64,000 bases of DNA from an uncultured Sulfitobacter sp. (GTDB taxonomy: Bacteria; Pseudomonadota; Alphaproteobacteria; Rhodobacterales; Rhodobacteraceae): NCBI GenBank assembly GCA_963933905.1, contig CAWVWS010000002.1, positions 8,382 to 72,381 of the forward strand, read 5' to 3'. Every line of letters begins with the position of its first letter. Within the stretch, counting starts at the first letter, position 1. Shown piece by piece: positions 1-9,113 of the stretch. The notes under the pieces are model-generated. The model had not been told where the DNA came from. It did no database searches and was given only the letters and a program-made list of their open reading frames with translations. Both the position numbers and the translations under genes were made by a program.

Positions 1-23
1 TTTCGCCCATGTGGAAACGGTTG

Positions 24-55
24 AGGGGTGCCTGAAAGGGCGCCCCTTTTTCTTT
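24..55 (+). terminator. Rho-independent terminator of a gene upstream of the window
   Basis: Stem AGGGGTGCCT-GAAA-GGGCGCCCCT (10 bp including G-U pairs, GNRA loop) running into a TTTTTCTTT tract. Confidence 0.8.
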
Positions 56-97
56 GCCGTATCACGTTGCATGTTGGTGACTGAACATAAGGATCAC

Positions 98-1714
98 ATG
101 AATATGTGCTTTCTCCCTCTCGCTCTCGCCGCTTTGCCCCTCCCTGCGCTGGCTGACACATATACCGTGACCTCGGCTCCTACGGCTGTAACCGTCTACA
201 GCGGCTTTGCGATGGTAACCCGCGAGATTAGCGTCGATGTGAGCGCGGGCACCCATGAGGTTGTGCTTCCCAATTTGCCGCAGTGGATTGATGCAGGCAG
301 CTTGCGCGTCTCGCTCAGCGGTGCAGACCTCAGCGGCACGCGGTTGCGTACAGATGCGCTTCCTCCGCAGCCCAACAGCGACAGTGCAGCGGTGGTAGCT
401 GCGGAGCAACAAATCAAGACAGCAGAACGCGCTTTGCGTGACCTGAATGATGCCGCACAAGATGCGGGGTTTGGCGCAAACGCCGCAGATGCACGGGTGA
501 AATTTCTAGAGAGCCTCGCATCCAGCGATACCTTGCCCTCGGCTCCACAAGCATTGGCCGAGCTTGGCCAGATGATCGATGCCGAGATTTTAAGCGCTCT
601 TCTTGCACAAGCCCAAGCCCTTCGGAATGTCAGAGATATCGCGGAAGGGCGCGAAGCACTTGAGCGTAATCTTGCAGATGCCCGTGCAGCCCTCGCCGCG
701 CTCACCCCACCCACAGAACCAAAGACGCTCCTCGCCTTGTCTGTTGCCGCAAAGGAAGCTGGGACTGTGATTGCATCGGTAAGCTATCCCGCCCGCGCCT
801 CTTGGCAGCCCACATATGATGTGGTGCTTTCACGAGGTGATGATGACCGCATATCATTGCGCCGCGCCGCGCTGATCTATCAAAACAGTGGCGAGAATTG
901 GGAGGACGTGACACTCACGCTCTCCACTCTTGCGCCAAGCGGTAAGGTTATACCCTCCGAGCTTTATCCGCCATTGCTCCGCTTTGAAGATCCTGAGCGG
1001 CGCAAAGAACTCCAACGGTCCAGTTTGAGTGCTGATGTGGCCGGCGCACCAATGGTTGCAATGGAAGCAGCACCCGTCCCGCGACCTAACTTTGACGGAC
1101 CCGGTGTGACGTACACACTGCCCTCCCCGCTTACCATCGCGCAGGATGCCGAAGGGGTGCGGGTCGAACTGGACACACTCGAATTTGAATCCCGCGTATT
1201 CGCGCGGGCAATTCCTTCGCGCGATACAACTGCTTTCCTGATGGCAGAAGCCACAAACGAAAGCCTAGAGCCCCTGCTTGCCGCAAACAGTGCTCAGGTG
1301 TTCATTGATGGCGCCCTTATGGGTCGCAGCAGTTTTGCCGCAGTGCCGGCAGGCGGGACACTTACCCAAGCATTTGGTCCCATCGAAGATCTTCGTCTCA
1401 GCCACAAGATTATCGACTAGAGCGAAGGGGATCGCGGTCTTATCAGCAGGAGCAATGCCCAGACGCAGGAAGTGCGCATGAACATCGAAAACCTTGGCAG
1501 CGAAACTTGGGATGTCGAGTTACTAGAAGCGCGCCCCTACAGTGAACAGGACGATCTGGTGATAGACTGGAATGCCCAACCCAAGGCGAGCGTGACCGAC
1601 GTGGACGAGCGCCGCGGCCTTGTGCAACGGAACTTTTCTCTGGCCGCTCAGGCCAGCCAGCAGATCACAATCGAACAAGTTGTGCGCTGGCCCGATGGGA
1701 AGGTGCTGCGCTAG
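98..1714 (+). pseudogene. DUF4140/DUF4139 domain secreted protein interrupted by an in-frame TAG at 1418-1420
   Basis: AAGGA SD before ATG 98; signal peptide; motifs ASWQPTYD and QNSGENWEDVTLTLST. ORFs 11..1420 and 1472..1714 share a frame and read HKIID*SEGDRGLISRSN across the stop; reconstructed length 539 codons. Confidence 0.85.
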
Positions 1715-2436
1715 TCTAGCGCGGCAGGCTTAGGCATAGCATCAACGCCCTGCACTGCCTCCACAACAGGAGGGAATTGGCATGGTGCGGGTCCCCCAAA
1801 CAGCTGAACAAGTGTGGCGTAGTCTTCACCAATGTCGCCTGCATTGCACAGATGCCTGCCTGTGGTTGCCATATGCACACCAAGATCAGCACCTGCAGAC
1901 CGCAGTTCCATCCCCTCACATGCGAGGCGGTTGATAAGATCAGGCCAGCTTTTCGCCACGCCAAAGAGGGCCGCGAGGACAGCGCGCCGCGTTGGATCAA
2001 TCTGGCCAGCAGGCATGACGGCTAAATGCGTTTTTGCATGGGGGTGACCGGGCAAGTCTGCGCCAAACTGTTTCACCAGCTTTGCATAGGCAAAACCCAG
2101 TTCCGACCCTTTACAAATCCGCGTGCCGCAACTCGATTTTATCAGGTCAATGCCACCCCCCGCTGCACGCACCACATATCCATGAGGGCGCAGGCGTTGC
2201 GCCAAATCATCCCACCCAGACGCCTCGGCAAAATCACGTGCGAGGAGCGCCTGTAAGGCAGCGAGGAGGCGCGCATCCGTACCCTCAGTTCGCTCACTAT
2301 TAAGCTGGCGATCAACCTCACGCTTGAGCAGTTGGCGCACCATATGCCCAATGGTCACGTCCCGCGCTGTGGCGACACGCTGAGCCCCAGACAACAGGTT
2401 GCGCGGTAGTTTGAGAGTGACTGATTCTAATTCCAT
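1711..2436 (-). CDS. Hypothetical DNA-binding protein: N-terminal ribbon-helix-helix plus two tandem ~60 aa relaxase-middle-like repeats
   Basis: MELESVTLKLPRNLL...TIGHMVRQLLKREV fits a CopG/RHH pattern; internal repeats ASGWDDLAQRLRPHGY...YAKLVKQFG and AKSWPDLINRLACEGM...YATLVQLFG; start placed at ATG 2436. Confidence 0.75.
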   Translation of the reverse strand: MELESVTLKLPRNLLSGAQRVATARDVTIGHMVRQLLKREVDRQLNSERTEGTDARLLAALQALLARDFAEASGWDDLAQRLRPHGYVVRAAGGGIDLIKSSCGTRICKGSELGFAYAKLVKQFGADLPGHPHAKTHLAVMPAGQIDPTRRAVLAALFGVAKSWPDLINRLACEGMELRSAGADLGVHMATTGRHLCNAGDIGEDYATLVQLFGGPAPCQFPPVVEAVQGVDAMPKPAALD

Positions 2437-2459
2437 ACCCAAGCCTGACTCAGGTACGG

Positions 2460-2474
2460 TTAACGCTTTGTTAA
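2460..2474 (-). promoter_or_regulatory. CtrA-binding box (TTAA-N7-TTAAC)
   Basis: Minus strand reads TTAA-CAAAGCG-TTAAC, about 24 nt upstream of ATG 2436; overlaps the sbtB stop codon. Confidence 0.65.
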
Positions 2475-2782
2475 AACCGTTCAGCCCGCAGGACATCGCA
2501 ATCCACGATGCTCACCACACCGATATGACGCTCGACCACGGCAAAGGCAGCATCCAAGAGAGCGTCAAGACGCTCGGGTTTGATGATACAGACAACCTGC
2601 ACCATACCCTGTGCGCGGCTTACTTGCCCCGACCGTGTCCAGGCCCCCGACCGCCCCGACCCGCCCAAAACAGGCAGGACTGAATATCCCGTAACTCCCG
2701 TCTTGCGGAGCGCATCGGTAAGGCGGGATTCCATCACATTTTCGATGGTGATTTCCACCCGCTTTGCCTTGTGAGTTTCCAT
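2471..2782 (-). CDS. sbtB: PII-like regulator SbtB
   Basis: 103 aa; KRVEITIE...GVTGYSVLPVLGGSGRSG PII-like pattern; starts 3 nt after the sbtA stop. Confidence 0.8.
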   Translation of the reverse strand: METHKAKRVEITIENVMESRLTDALRKTGVTGYSVLPVLGGSGRSGAWTRSGQVSRAQGMVQVVCIIKPERLDALLDAAFAVVERHIGVVSIVDCDVLRAERF

Positions 2783-2785
2783 AGT

Positions 2786-3769
2786 TCAACCTCCGCTAAC
2801 GGCCATGGCGACACCGACATAAAGCGGAATACCAATGGTCAGATTAAAGGGAAAAGTAACACCCAGCGACAGGGTGAGATAAAGAGACGGGTTCGCCTCG
2901 GGCAATGCAACGCGTATCGCCGCAGGCACGGCGATATAGGAGGCCGAAGCAGACAGCACCATCATCAGGGCCACACCGCCAGCGCTCAGCCCCAACAGCA
3001 AACCAGCACCCAGTCCAAACATGGAGCCGACAAGCGGCATCAACACACCAAATGCGAACACACCGCGGGTCAGCACACCGCCACCTCCGCGCAAACCCCG
3101 TCCGGCGACCAACCCCATATCCAACAGGAAGAGGCACAGCACCCCTTTGAGCGGATTGACGATAAAGCTTTCGATCTCCTTGAGACCCTGCTCACCCGTG
3201 ACCCAGCCGATTGCAAAAGCACCAACCAGCAAAACGATTGAACCATTGAGCATGATCTCCCGCAGGAGCGCGCTGTCCATCCCTTTGGACTCCGCACCGC
3301 CGCCGCGTGAAACAAGCCAGAGCGCCGAAAGGATCGCAGGCGCTTCCATGGCTGCGGCAACCGCGACCATATAGCCCTCGGACGGGATGCCCCGCCCTTC
3401 CAACACCGAAGTCGCGGCAACAAAGGTCACAATCGAGATAGAGCCATAGTGCGCCGCAACTGCCGCTGCATCCAAACGGCTCATTCCTGTCATAACCTTC
3501 AGCAGACCAAATGCGATGATCGGCAAAAGGGCAGACAGGATTATTCCCGCAAGTAAAGAAAAGCCGAGCCGCGCATCAAGCCCGTAGGAAGCAACACTTG
3601 CGCCACCCTTAAATCCAATGGCGAATAGCAAATATATCGACATGCCCTTTGCCACTGCTTCAGGGATGTTCAAATCAGAACGCGCAAGTGCTGCCAGAAG
3701 GCCCAGCACAAAGCTCAGAATAATGGGGGAGAGCAAGTTCTGCCCTGCGAGGCTCAGGAAGTCAGACAT
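2786..3769 (-). CDS. sbtA: Sodium-dependent bicarbonate transporter, SbtA family
   Basis: Multi-TM protein with SbtA motifs SIYLLFAIGFKGG, AAHYGSISIVTF, SASYIAVPAA and SLGVTFPFN. Confidence 0.9.
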   Translation of the reverse strand: MSDFLSLAGQNLLSPIILSFVLGLLAALARSDLNIPEAVAKGMSIYLLFAIGFKGGASVASYGLDARLGFSLLAGIILSALLPIIAFGLLKVMTGMSRLDAAAVAAHYGSISIVTFVAATSVLEGRGIPSEGYMVAVAAAMEAPAILSALWLVSRGGGAESKGMDSALLREIMLNGSIVLLVGAFAIGWVTGEQGLKEIESFIVNPLKGVLCLFLLDMGLVAGRGLRGGGGVLTRGVFAFGVLMPLVGSMFGLGAGLLLGLSAGGVALMMVLSASASYIAVPAAIRVALPEANPSLYLTLSLGVTFPFNLTIGIPLYVGVAMAVSGG

Positions 3770-3807
3770 TCAAACACCTTGTTTAGAAGAACCGATCACA
3801 CGCTAGC

Positions 3808-4458
3808 CTATACGGGCTCGAACAAGTGCGTTTCGGGGCTGTAAAACTCCAGACCACCTTCGGCAATATCGGTCCACATGCCATGTATCGTCAAATCACC
3901 TGAGTTGACCTTCTCCGCAAGCCACGGAAACGTCATCAGATTTTCAAGCGAGATCATGACCGAATGCTTTTCCAGCTGGCGAACCTGCTCGGCGGGATCG
4001 GCAATATCTTTGACCAACTCGTACTTGGGCCGCAGTATATCCATCCACCGGCCGACAAAGCTCTCTTTTTCGTCGAGGTCGGGGGCATGGCCTGTGCACA
4101 TGTCCAGACACCCTTGTACACCGCCACAGTTCGAATGACCCAATACAATTAGATGCGCAACTTTCAGCACACGCACTGCGTATTCAACGGCAGCAGAGGT
4201 CCCGTGCTGCGCCCCGTCAGGTTTATAGGCCGGTACAAGATTGGCGACATTCCGGTGGATAAAGAACTCTCCCTGATCCGCGCCAAAAATAGATGTGACA
4301 TGCACGCGGCTATCACAGCAGGAAATGACCATGGCGCGGGGATGTTGCCCCCCTGTCGCGAGCTTGCGATACCATGCGCTGTTTTCGGCGTAAGTGGTTG
4401 CTTTCCAACCGTGATAGCGCTGCAGTAAATAGCTTGGTAAGGGCTTTGCCTCGTTCAT
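3808..4458 (-). CDS. Beta-class carbonic anhydrase
   Basis: Zn-ligand motifs CCDSRV and GHSNCGG, plus HRNVANLVP; start placed at MNEAKPLP (4458). Confidence 0.93.
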   Translation of the reverse strand: MNEAKPLPSYLLQRYHGWKATTYAENSAWYRKLATGGQHPRAMVISCCDSRVHVTSIFGADQGEFFIHRNVANLVPAYKPDGAQHGTSAAVEYAVRVLKVAHLIVLGHSNCGGVQGCLDMCTGHAPDLDEKESFVGRWMDILRPKYELVKDIADPAEQVRQLEKHSVMISLENLMTFPWLAEKVNSGDLTIHGMWTDIAEGGLEFYSPETHLFEPV

Positions 4459-4605
4459 GGAAAGCGGGCTCCTGATGATTGTTCGCCCACAGTTAGACTG
4501 AATTATCGCCGAATTCGAGCGAAAACACCGCTTGGCGGCAACCATTTGAAAACCCCTGCCCCTCATAAGGATCCCAGCCGTGGGGGCATAATTTAGGGGT
4601 GAGAG

Positions 4606-4986
4606 ATGAACGACGTTGTAAATATCCGTGTTGCCGAACAAATCCAGTTGGATCAGGTCAGGCTGGGAACACTATATGCGCAGTTGGGGGAGGCAGGTGC
4701 AGGAAATGTTATCTCGCGGGCAATGGAAGAGCTGGCCGTGCGTTTGGCACAGTGTGATGCGCTGTGGCGTGCCAAAAACAGCGTGCAGCTGCGCAAACAT
4801 GCGCGGTCACTAATTGCGATTGCTGACCAGATCGGGATGCACCGCCTTGCGCAGGTCGCAGCTGATGTAACCGTTTGCCTTGATTCCGACGATGACGTTG
4901 CCGTTGCCGCCACATTGTCACGGATGCTGCGGATTGGAGAGCGATCATTGTCGGCTATTTGGTCGATGGAAGATCTGAGCATCTGA
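4606..4986 (+). CDS. Hpt-fold-like protein apparently lacking the phosphoacceptor His
   Basis: 126 aa helical protein; LRKHARSLIAIADQIGMHRL aligns with the Hpt consensus aH.LKGsa..lG..rL, with Arg at the His position. Confidence 0.65.
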   Translation: MNDVVNIRVAEQIQLDQVRLGTLYAQLGEAGAGNVISRAMEELAVRLAQCDALWRAKNSVQLRKHARSLIAIADQIGMHRLAQVAADVTVCLDSDDDVAVAATLSRMLRIGERSLSAIWSMEDLSI

Positions 4987-5054
4987 GCCGCTTGCAGCGG
5001 GGGCAGGATTGTCTAGGCTGGCAGATGTAATTCATCTGAAAGGTCTACATCCCC

Positions 5055-6437
5055 ATGACGTTAAGTTTCGCCACCGCCACATCTGATGTGATTGATCTGC
5101 ATGTCGTGCCTCAAAATGGTGCGGATGCGTGGCTTGCTTCGTTGCCCGCTGCCACTGCTGAATGGGCACGGGCCAGCGGATTTACCGGTGCAATCGGTCA
5201 GGCACTCACGCTGCCTGCCACTTACAAGTATCCAGCCCTTGCCGTGGTTGGGTACGGCAGTGACACGACACGGAAACGGGGGAGGTTCCACCTTGCGGCT
5301 GCGGCGGTGAAACTGCCTGCGGGCACGTACCGCATCGCAGGCGGGGTGCCAGAGGACCAGTTGGAAATCGAAGCGCTCGGATGGTTGCTGAGCAGTTACC
5401 GCTTTGACCGCTATAAGACCATTCCGGCCATGACCGCACATCTGATTGCACCCACAGGCATCGATGCTGCACGCATCGAAGCGATTGCCAATGGCGAAGC
5501 GCTGACCCGCACTTTGATCAATACGCCTGCTTCGGACATGGGCCCGCCCGATCTGGAGCAAGCCGCCCGCGACCTCGCTGATACGCATGGCGCAAAGATT
5601 GAAGTCACTGTGGGAGAGGATCTGCTGAAAGCAAACCTGCCGATGATCCACACCGTGGGCCGTGCCGCTGATCGCGCACCCCGTTTGATTGACATGCGCT
5701 GGGGTGAGACCGGTCCAACGCTGACGTTGGTGGGTAAGGGGGTCTGCTTTGATACAGGCGGGCTCAACCTCAAACCGGGCGCTTCCATGGGGCTAATGAA
5801 AAAGGATATGGGCGGTGCTGCCGCCGTCCTAGGCCTTGCGCATATGATCATGGCAACTGGCGCAAAGGTCCAGCTTCGCGTGTTGATCCCTGCCGTTGAA
5901 AACTCGGTTTCGGGCAATGCCTTCCGCCCACAAGATATCCTGACATCCCGCAAGGGCCTGACCGTTGAGATCAACAACACCGATGCCGAGGGTCGTTTGG
6001 TGCTTGCCGATGCGCTGGCGCTGGCGGATGAGGAGAAGCCGGATCAGATCATCTCGATGGCGACCCTGACGGGCGCTGCGCGTGTGGCAGTTGGTCCCGA
6101 CCTCGCGCCCTATTTCAGCGATGATGCGCATTTTGTCGCCGCTCTTGAGGCATCTGCCGCATCTGTCGCTGACCCTGTCTGGCGCCTGCCCTTCCATGAT
6201 CCCTATGAAAGCATGATCGAGCCTGCGGTTGCCGACCTCGATAATGCACCCGCTGGCGGCTTTGCCGGGTGCATCATCGCAGCCCTTTTCCTGCGACGGT
6301 TCGTGACTGCTAGCAACTATGCGCACTTCGACATATACGGCTGGCAACCCGTCGCCGCACCTGCGCGCGCCAAAGGGGGTGTGGGGCAAGGCACCCGCGC
6401 ATTGCTAGACGCTCTCGACAGGATATTGACCGAATGA
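5055..6437 (+). CDS. Leucyl aminopeptidase family protein (M17)
   Basis: VGKGVCFDTGG, MKKDMGGAA and NTDAEGRLVLAD motifs. Confidence 0.95.
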   Translation: MTLSFATATSDVIDLHVVPQNGADAWLASLPAATAEWARASGFTGAIGQALTLPATYKYPALAVVGYGSDTTRKRGRFHLAAAAVKLPAGTYRIAGGVPEDQLEIEALGWLLSSYRFDRYKTIPAMTAHLIAPTGIDAARIEAIANGEALTRTLINTPASDMGPPDLEQAARDLADTHGAKIEVTVGEDLLKANLPMIHTVGRAADRAPRLIDMRWGETGPTLTLVGKGVCFDTGGLNLKPGASMGLMKKDMGGAAAVLGLAHMIMATGAKVQLRVLIPAVENSVSGNAFRPQDILTSRKGLTVEINNTDAEGRLVLADALALADEEKPDQIISMATLTGAARVAVGPDLAPYFSDDAHFVAALEASAASVADPVWRLPFHDPYESMIEPAVADLDNAPAGGFAGCIIAALFLRRFVTASNYAHFDIYGWQPVAAPARAKGGVGQGTRALLDALDRILTE

Positions 6438-7225
6438 CCCATGCCCGACTGACCCCTGATCCCGAATTTTCCGGCCTGAACGAAGACGCTCAGATCGGTC
6501 GCGGAGTAGTGAATCTGCTGCGCAAACCGAATGGCGCGCGGGATCGCCAGCTTTTGCTGGGTGCGGAGGTCAAGGTCCTGTGGCGGCATGAAGGCTGGGC
6601 CTACGTCCAAGCGGTCGCGGATGGCTATTGCGGATTTGTTGGTGTTGCATCGCTGACCAAACCGCAAACACTGACCCATAAGGTCAGCGCACCCGCCAGC
6701 CATGGATATCAAAACGCGGCGTTCAAATCCATTGACCGAAGTGCGATGAGCCATGGCAGCCTCCTTGCCTCCTTGGGCGAGAAGGACGGATTTATTCAGA
6801 CTTCCCATGGATTTGTGCCGATGCAGCACATCACTGCCATTGATGATTTTGCTGACGATCCTGCCGATATTGCATCCCTTTATGCAGGCACACCCTATCT
6901 GTGGGGCGGCAACAGCCGTTGGGGAATTGATTGTTCGGGATTGGTGCAGGCGGCCTGTGCGGCATGCAACATCCCCTGCTCAGGCGACAGCGATATGCAG
7001 GAGGCCGAACTAGGCGAACTGCTGGATGATACGGCTGTGCCGGAACGCAATGACCTGCTGTTCTGGAAAGGGCATGTGGCAATGGTCTGGGACGAAGAGA
7101 CGCTCATTCACGCCAATGCACATGCGATGGCAGTTGTGTTCGAGCCGATCCAGGAAGCCATTGACCGTATTGCTCAAACCGACGGGGCGATCACCGCACA
7201 CCGCAGGCTGACTATTCCTGCTTGA
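6434..7225 (+). CDS. NlpC/P60 (C40) peptidase with SH3-like N-terminus
   Basis: PYLWGG...GIDCSGLVQ, GHVA and IHAN; ATGA coupling to the M17 gene. Confidence 0.92.
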   Translation: MTHARLTPDPEFSGLNEDAQIGRGVVNLLRKPNGARDRQLLLGAEVKVLWRHEGWAYVQAVADGYCGFVGVASLTKPQTLTHKVSAPASHGYQNAAFKSIDRSAMSHGSLLASLGEKDGFIQTSHGFVPMQHITAIDDFADDPADIASLYAGTPYLWGGNSRWGIDCSGLVQAACAACNIPCSGDSDMQEAELGELLDDTAVPERNDLLFWKGHVAMVWDEETLIHANAHAMAVVFEPIQEAIDRIAQTDGAITAHRRLTIPA

Positions 7226-8195
7226 ACTGAGCAAAGCTCTTTTTGTTACGCCCTGCGATATGCTCGCCTGCTTTAACGGGCGGGTAAAGGCAGTCTTCAT
7301 TAGCAACGCCTAAATCACGAGGATCCACGACCGTATCAGTATGCGGATCGAAAAAGATAGGAATGGAGTACCGTGCGCGCCCCGAGCGGTTAATCACGCG
7401 GTGCAGGGTTGAGGCAAAGCGGTCATTGCTCCACCGCGCCAGCAAATCACCGATATTGCAGACCAATGTGCCGGCGATCGGCGGAGCTTCGACCCATTCC
7501 CCCGACCTGAGTTTCACCTGCAAGCCGCCGTTCGAATCCTGTAGCAGGAATGTCAGCACTCCGAAGTCCGTATGGGCCGCGACGCCAAAACGCTCTTCCG
7601 CCTCGTCCGCCGCAGTTGAGGGCGGATAATAAACCAGCTGGCCGCGCGCCATTGGTTTTTCGTAAGCCTTGGCAAAGAAATCCGCTGGACAGTCAAGACT
7701 GCGCACCAAGGCCGACATCACCTGCCGCGCTATACCGCAGACTGCATCATAGTATGGCGTCAAATCACGACGCAAGCGGGGATAGGCCGCCTCAGGCCAT
7801 TGATTGACCGCGACCAAAGGTTTGCCAGCAAGTACATCCTTGTCATCCCCCGCAGTTTCGGCACCCCAGAAAAAAACCTCCTTTAGGTCGTGGGTTTTGG
7901 CACCCTGAAGTGTGGACATGCCAGTAGCCATCCACCCCCGCTGGTCTGTGTTCACGGCAACGGTTTCTTTTATGCTCACTGGTTGAGTAAAAAAATCCTC
8001 TGCCACAGAAAAGGCCGCATCCATCACATCCCCGGCGATGCCATGGCCGCTGATGTAGAAAAACCCTGTCTCGGTTGCGGCGCGGTGAATTTGTGCGGCC
8101 ACCTCCTCAACGTCCGATCCATTCAAGGCCGGAGCCACATCAATAACGGGGATAGCGCTCTGCGCGACCCGTCCCGAAGATGCAAAATCACTCAT
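7212..8195 (-). CDS. Isopenicillin N synthase-family 2OG-Fe(II) oxygenase
   Basis: IPVIDV, GFFYISGHGI, HTDFG, HRV and RYSIPIFF. Confidence 0.92.
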   Translation of the reverse strand: MSDFASSGRVAQSAIPVIDVAPALNGSDVEEVAAQIHRAATETGFFYISGHGIAGDVMDAAFSVAEDFFTQPVSIKETVAVNTDQRGWMATGMSTLQGAKTHDLKEVFFWGAETAGDDKDVLAGKPLVAVNQWPEAAYPRLRRDLTPYYDAVCGIARQVMSALVRSLDCPADFFAKAYEKPMARGQLVYYPPSTAADEAEERFGVAAHTDFGVLTFLLQDSNGGLQVKLRSGEWVEAPPIAGTLVCNIGDLLARWSNDRFASTLHRVINRSGRARYSIPIFFDPHTDTVVDPRDLGVANEDCLYPPVKAGEHIAGRNKKSFAQFKQE

Positions 8196-8207
8196 GGTTA
8201 TCGTCCT

Positions 8208-8558
8208 TTAATCAACGGCGCGGATCAGCTTACGCTCAAGCACGCGCAAGACTGATTTGAGATCGTGACCGCGTTTGAGGATTTGACCATTCAGACCAAC
8301 GACAGAGTATTCACCCTGCTTTGTTCGCAGCTTGGGTCGCTTTTCAATGCGGTACAGCGGCATCTCGGCGGTACGACGAAAGACCGAGAAAACTGCAACT
8401 TCGCGCAGACAAGAGATGCCGTAATCACGCCATTCACCCGCTGCCACCATGCGGCCGTAAAGGGACAGGATCACAGACAATTCGGTACGGTGGAATGCAA
8501 CCTGTTCGACAGCTTTTTGCGGCGCTGCATTGGCGGATGGAAGCGTAGGTATATTCAT
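8208..8558 (-). CDS. DUF2794 domain protein
   Basis: FHRTELSVILSLYGRMVAAGEWRDY...PLYRIEKRP; start placed at MNIPT. Confidence 0.85.
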   Translation of the reverse strand: MNIPTLPSANAAPQKAVEQVAFHRTELSVILSLYGRMVAAGEWRDYGISCLREVAVFSVFRRTAEMPLYRIEKRPKLRTKQGEYSVVGLNGQILKRGHDLKSVLRVLERKLIRAVD

Positions 8559-8672
8559 GGGATTAGATTTGCCCCACATGGCATGCAAATCAAGCCCTCA
8601 CTATCAAATTGCTTGATTGCGTTACAAATGACGATATTGTTCAAAAATTATGAAACGTATTAAGGCTGATCC

Positions 8673-9113
8673 ATGACCCCACAGGCGCGTGCAAAAAAAG
8701 CGGCAAAAGCGATGTTTGCTGCGGATAAGGCCAGCAGCAGTCTGGGAATGGAAATCATCGCAATCGCACCCGGAGCGGCGACACTTACCATGCGGGTGCG
8801 CGATGGGATGTTGAACGGCCACAGAATTTGTCATGGCGGCTATATCTTTACGCTCGCCGACAGCGCTTTTGCCTTTGCGTGCAACAGCTACAACAAACTG
8901 ACCCTCGCCCAGCAAAACCAGATTACCTATATCGCCCCAGGCAAAGCGGGTGAGTTGCTTACGGCCACCGCATCCGAGACGGCGCTCAGCGGGCGCTCTG
9001 GCGTTTATGATGTTATGGTAACGGGAGAAGACGGGCGAATTGTTGCCACGATGCGCGGCCTATCGCGAACAATTAAGGGGCATCTGTTCCCCGAAGACGG
9101 AGAAGACGCATGA
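8673..9113 (+). CDS. paaI: Hydroxyphenylacetyl-CoA thioesterase PaaI
   Basis: Hotdog motif NGHRICHGGYIFTLADSAFAFACNS; coupled to paaK. Confidence 0.92.
   Translation: MTPQARAKKAAKAMFAADKASSSLGMEIIAIAPGAATLTMRVRDGMLNGHRICHGGYIFTLADSAFAFACNSYNKLTLAQQNQITYIAPGKAGELLTATASETALSGRSGVYDVMVTGEDGRIVATMRGLSRTIKGHLFPEDGEDA

Noticed and set aside
6240-6300. Non-consensus residues in intact genes (M17 AGCIIAALFL, MepA ISDLSQ, short zf-CHCC loop) as signs of decay
   Set aside because: They cannot be told apart from natural family variation without alignments, and the catalytic and metal ligands appear intact.
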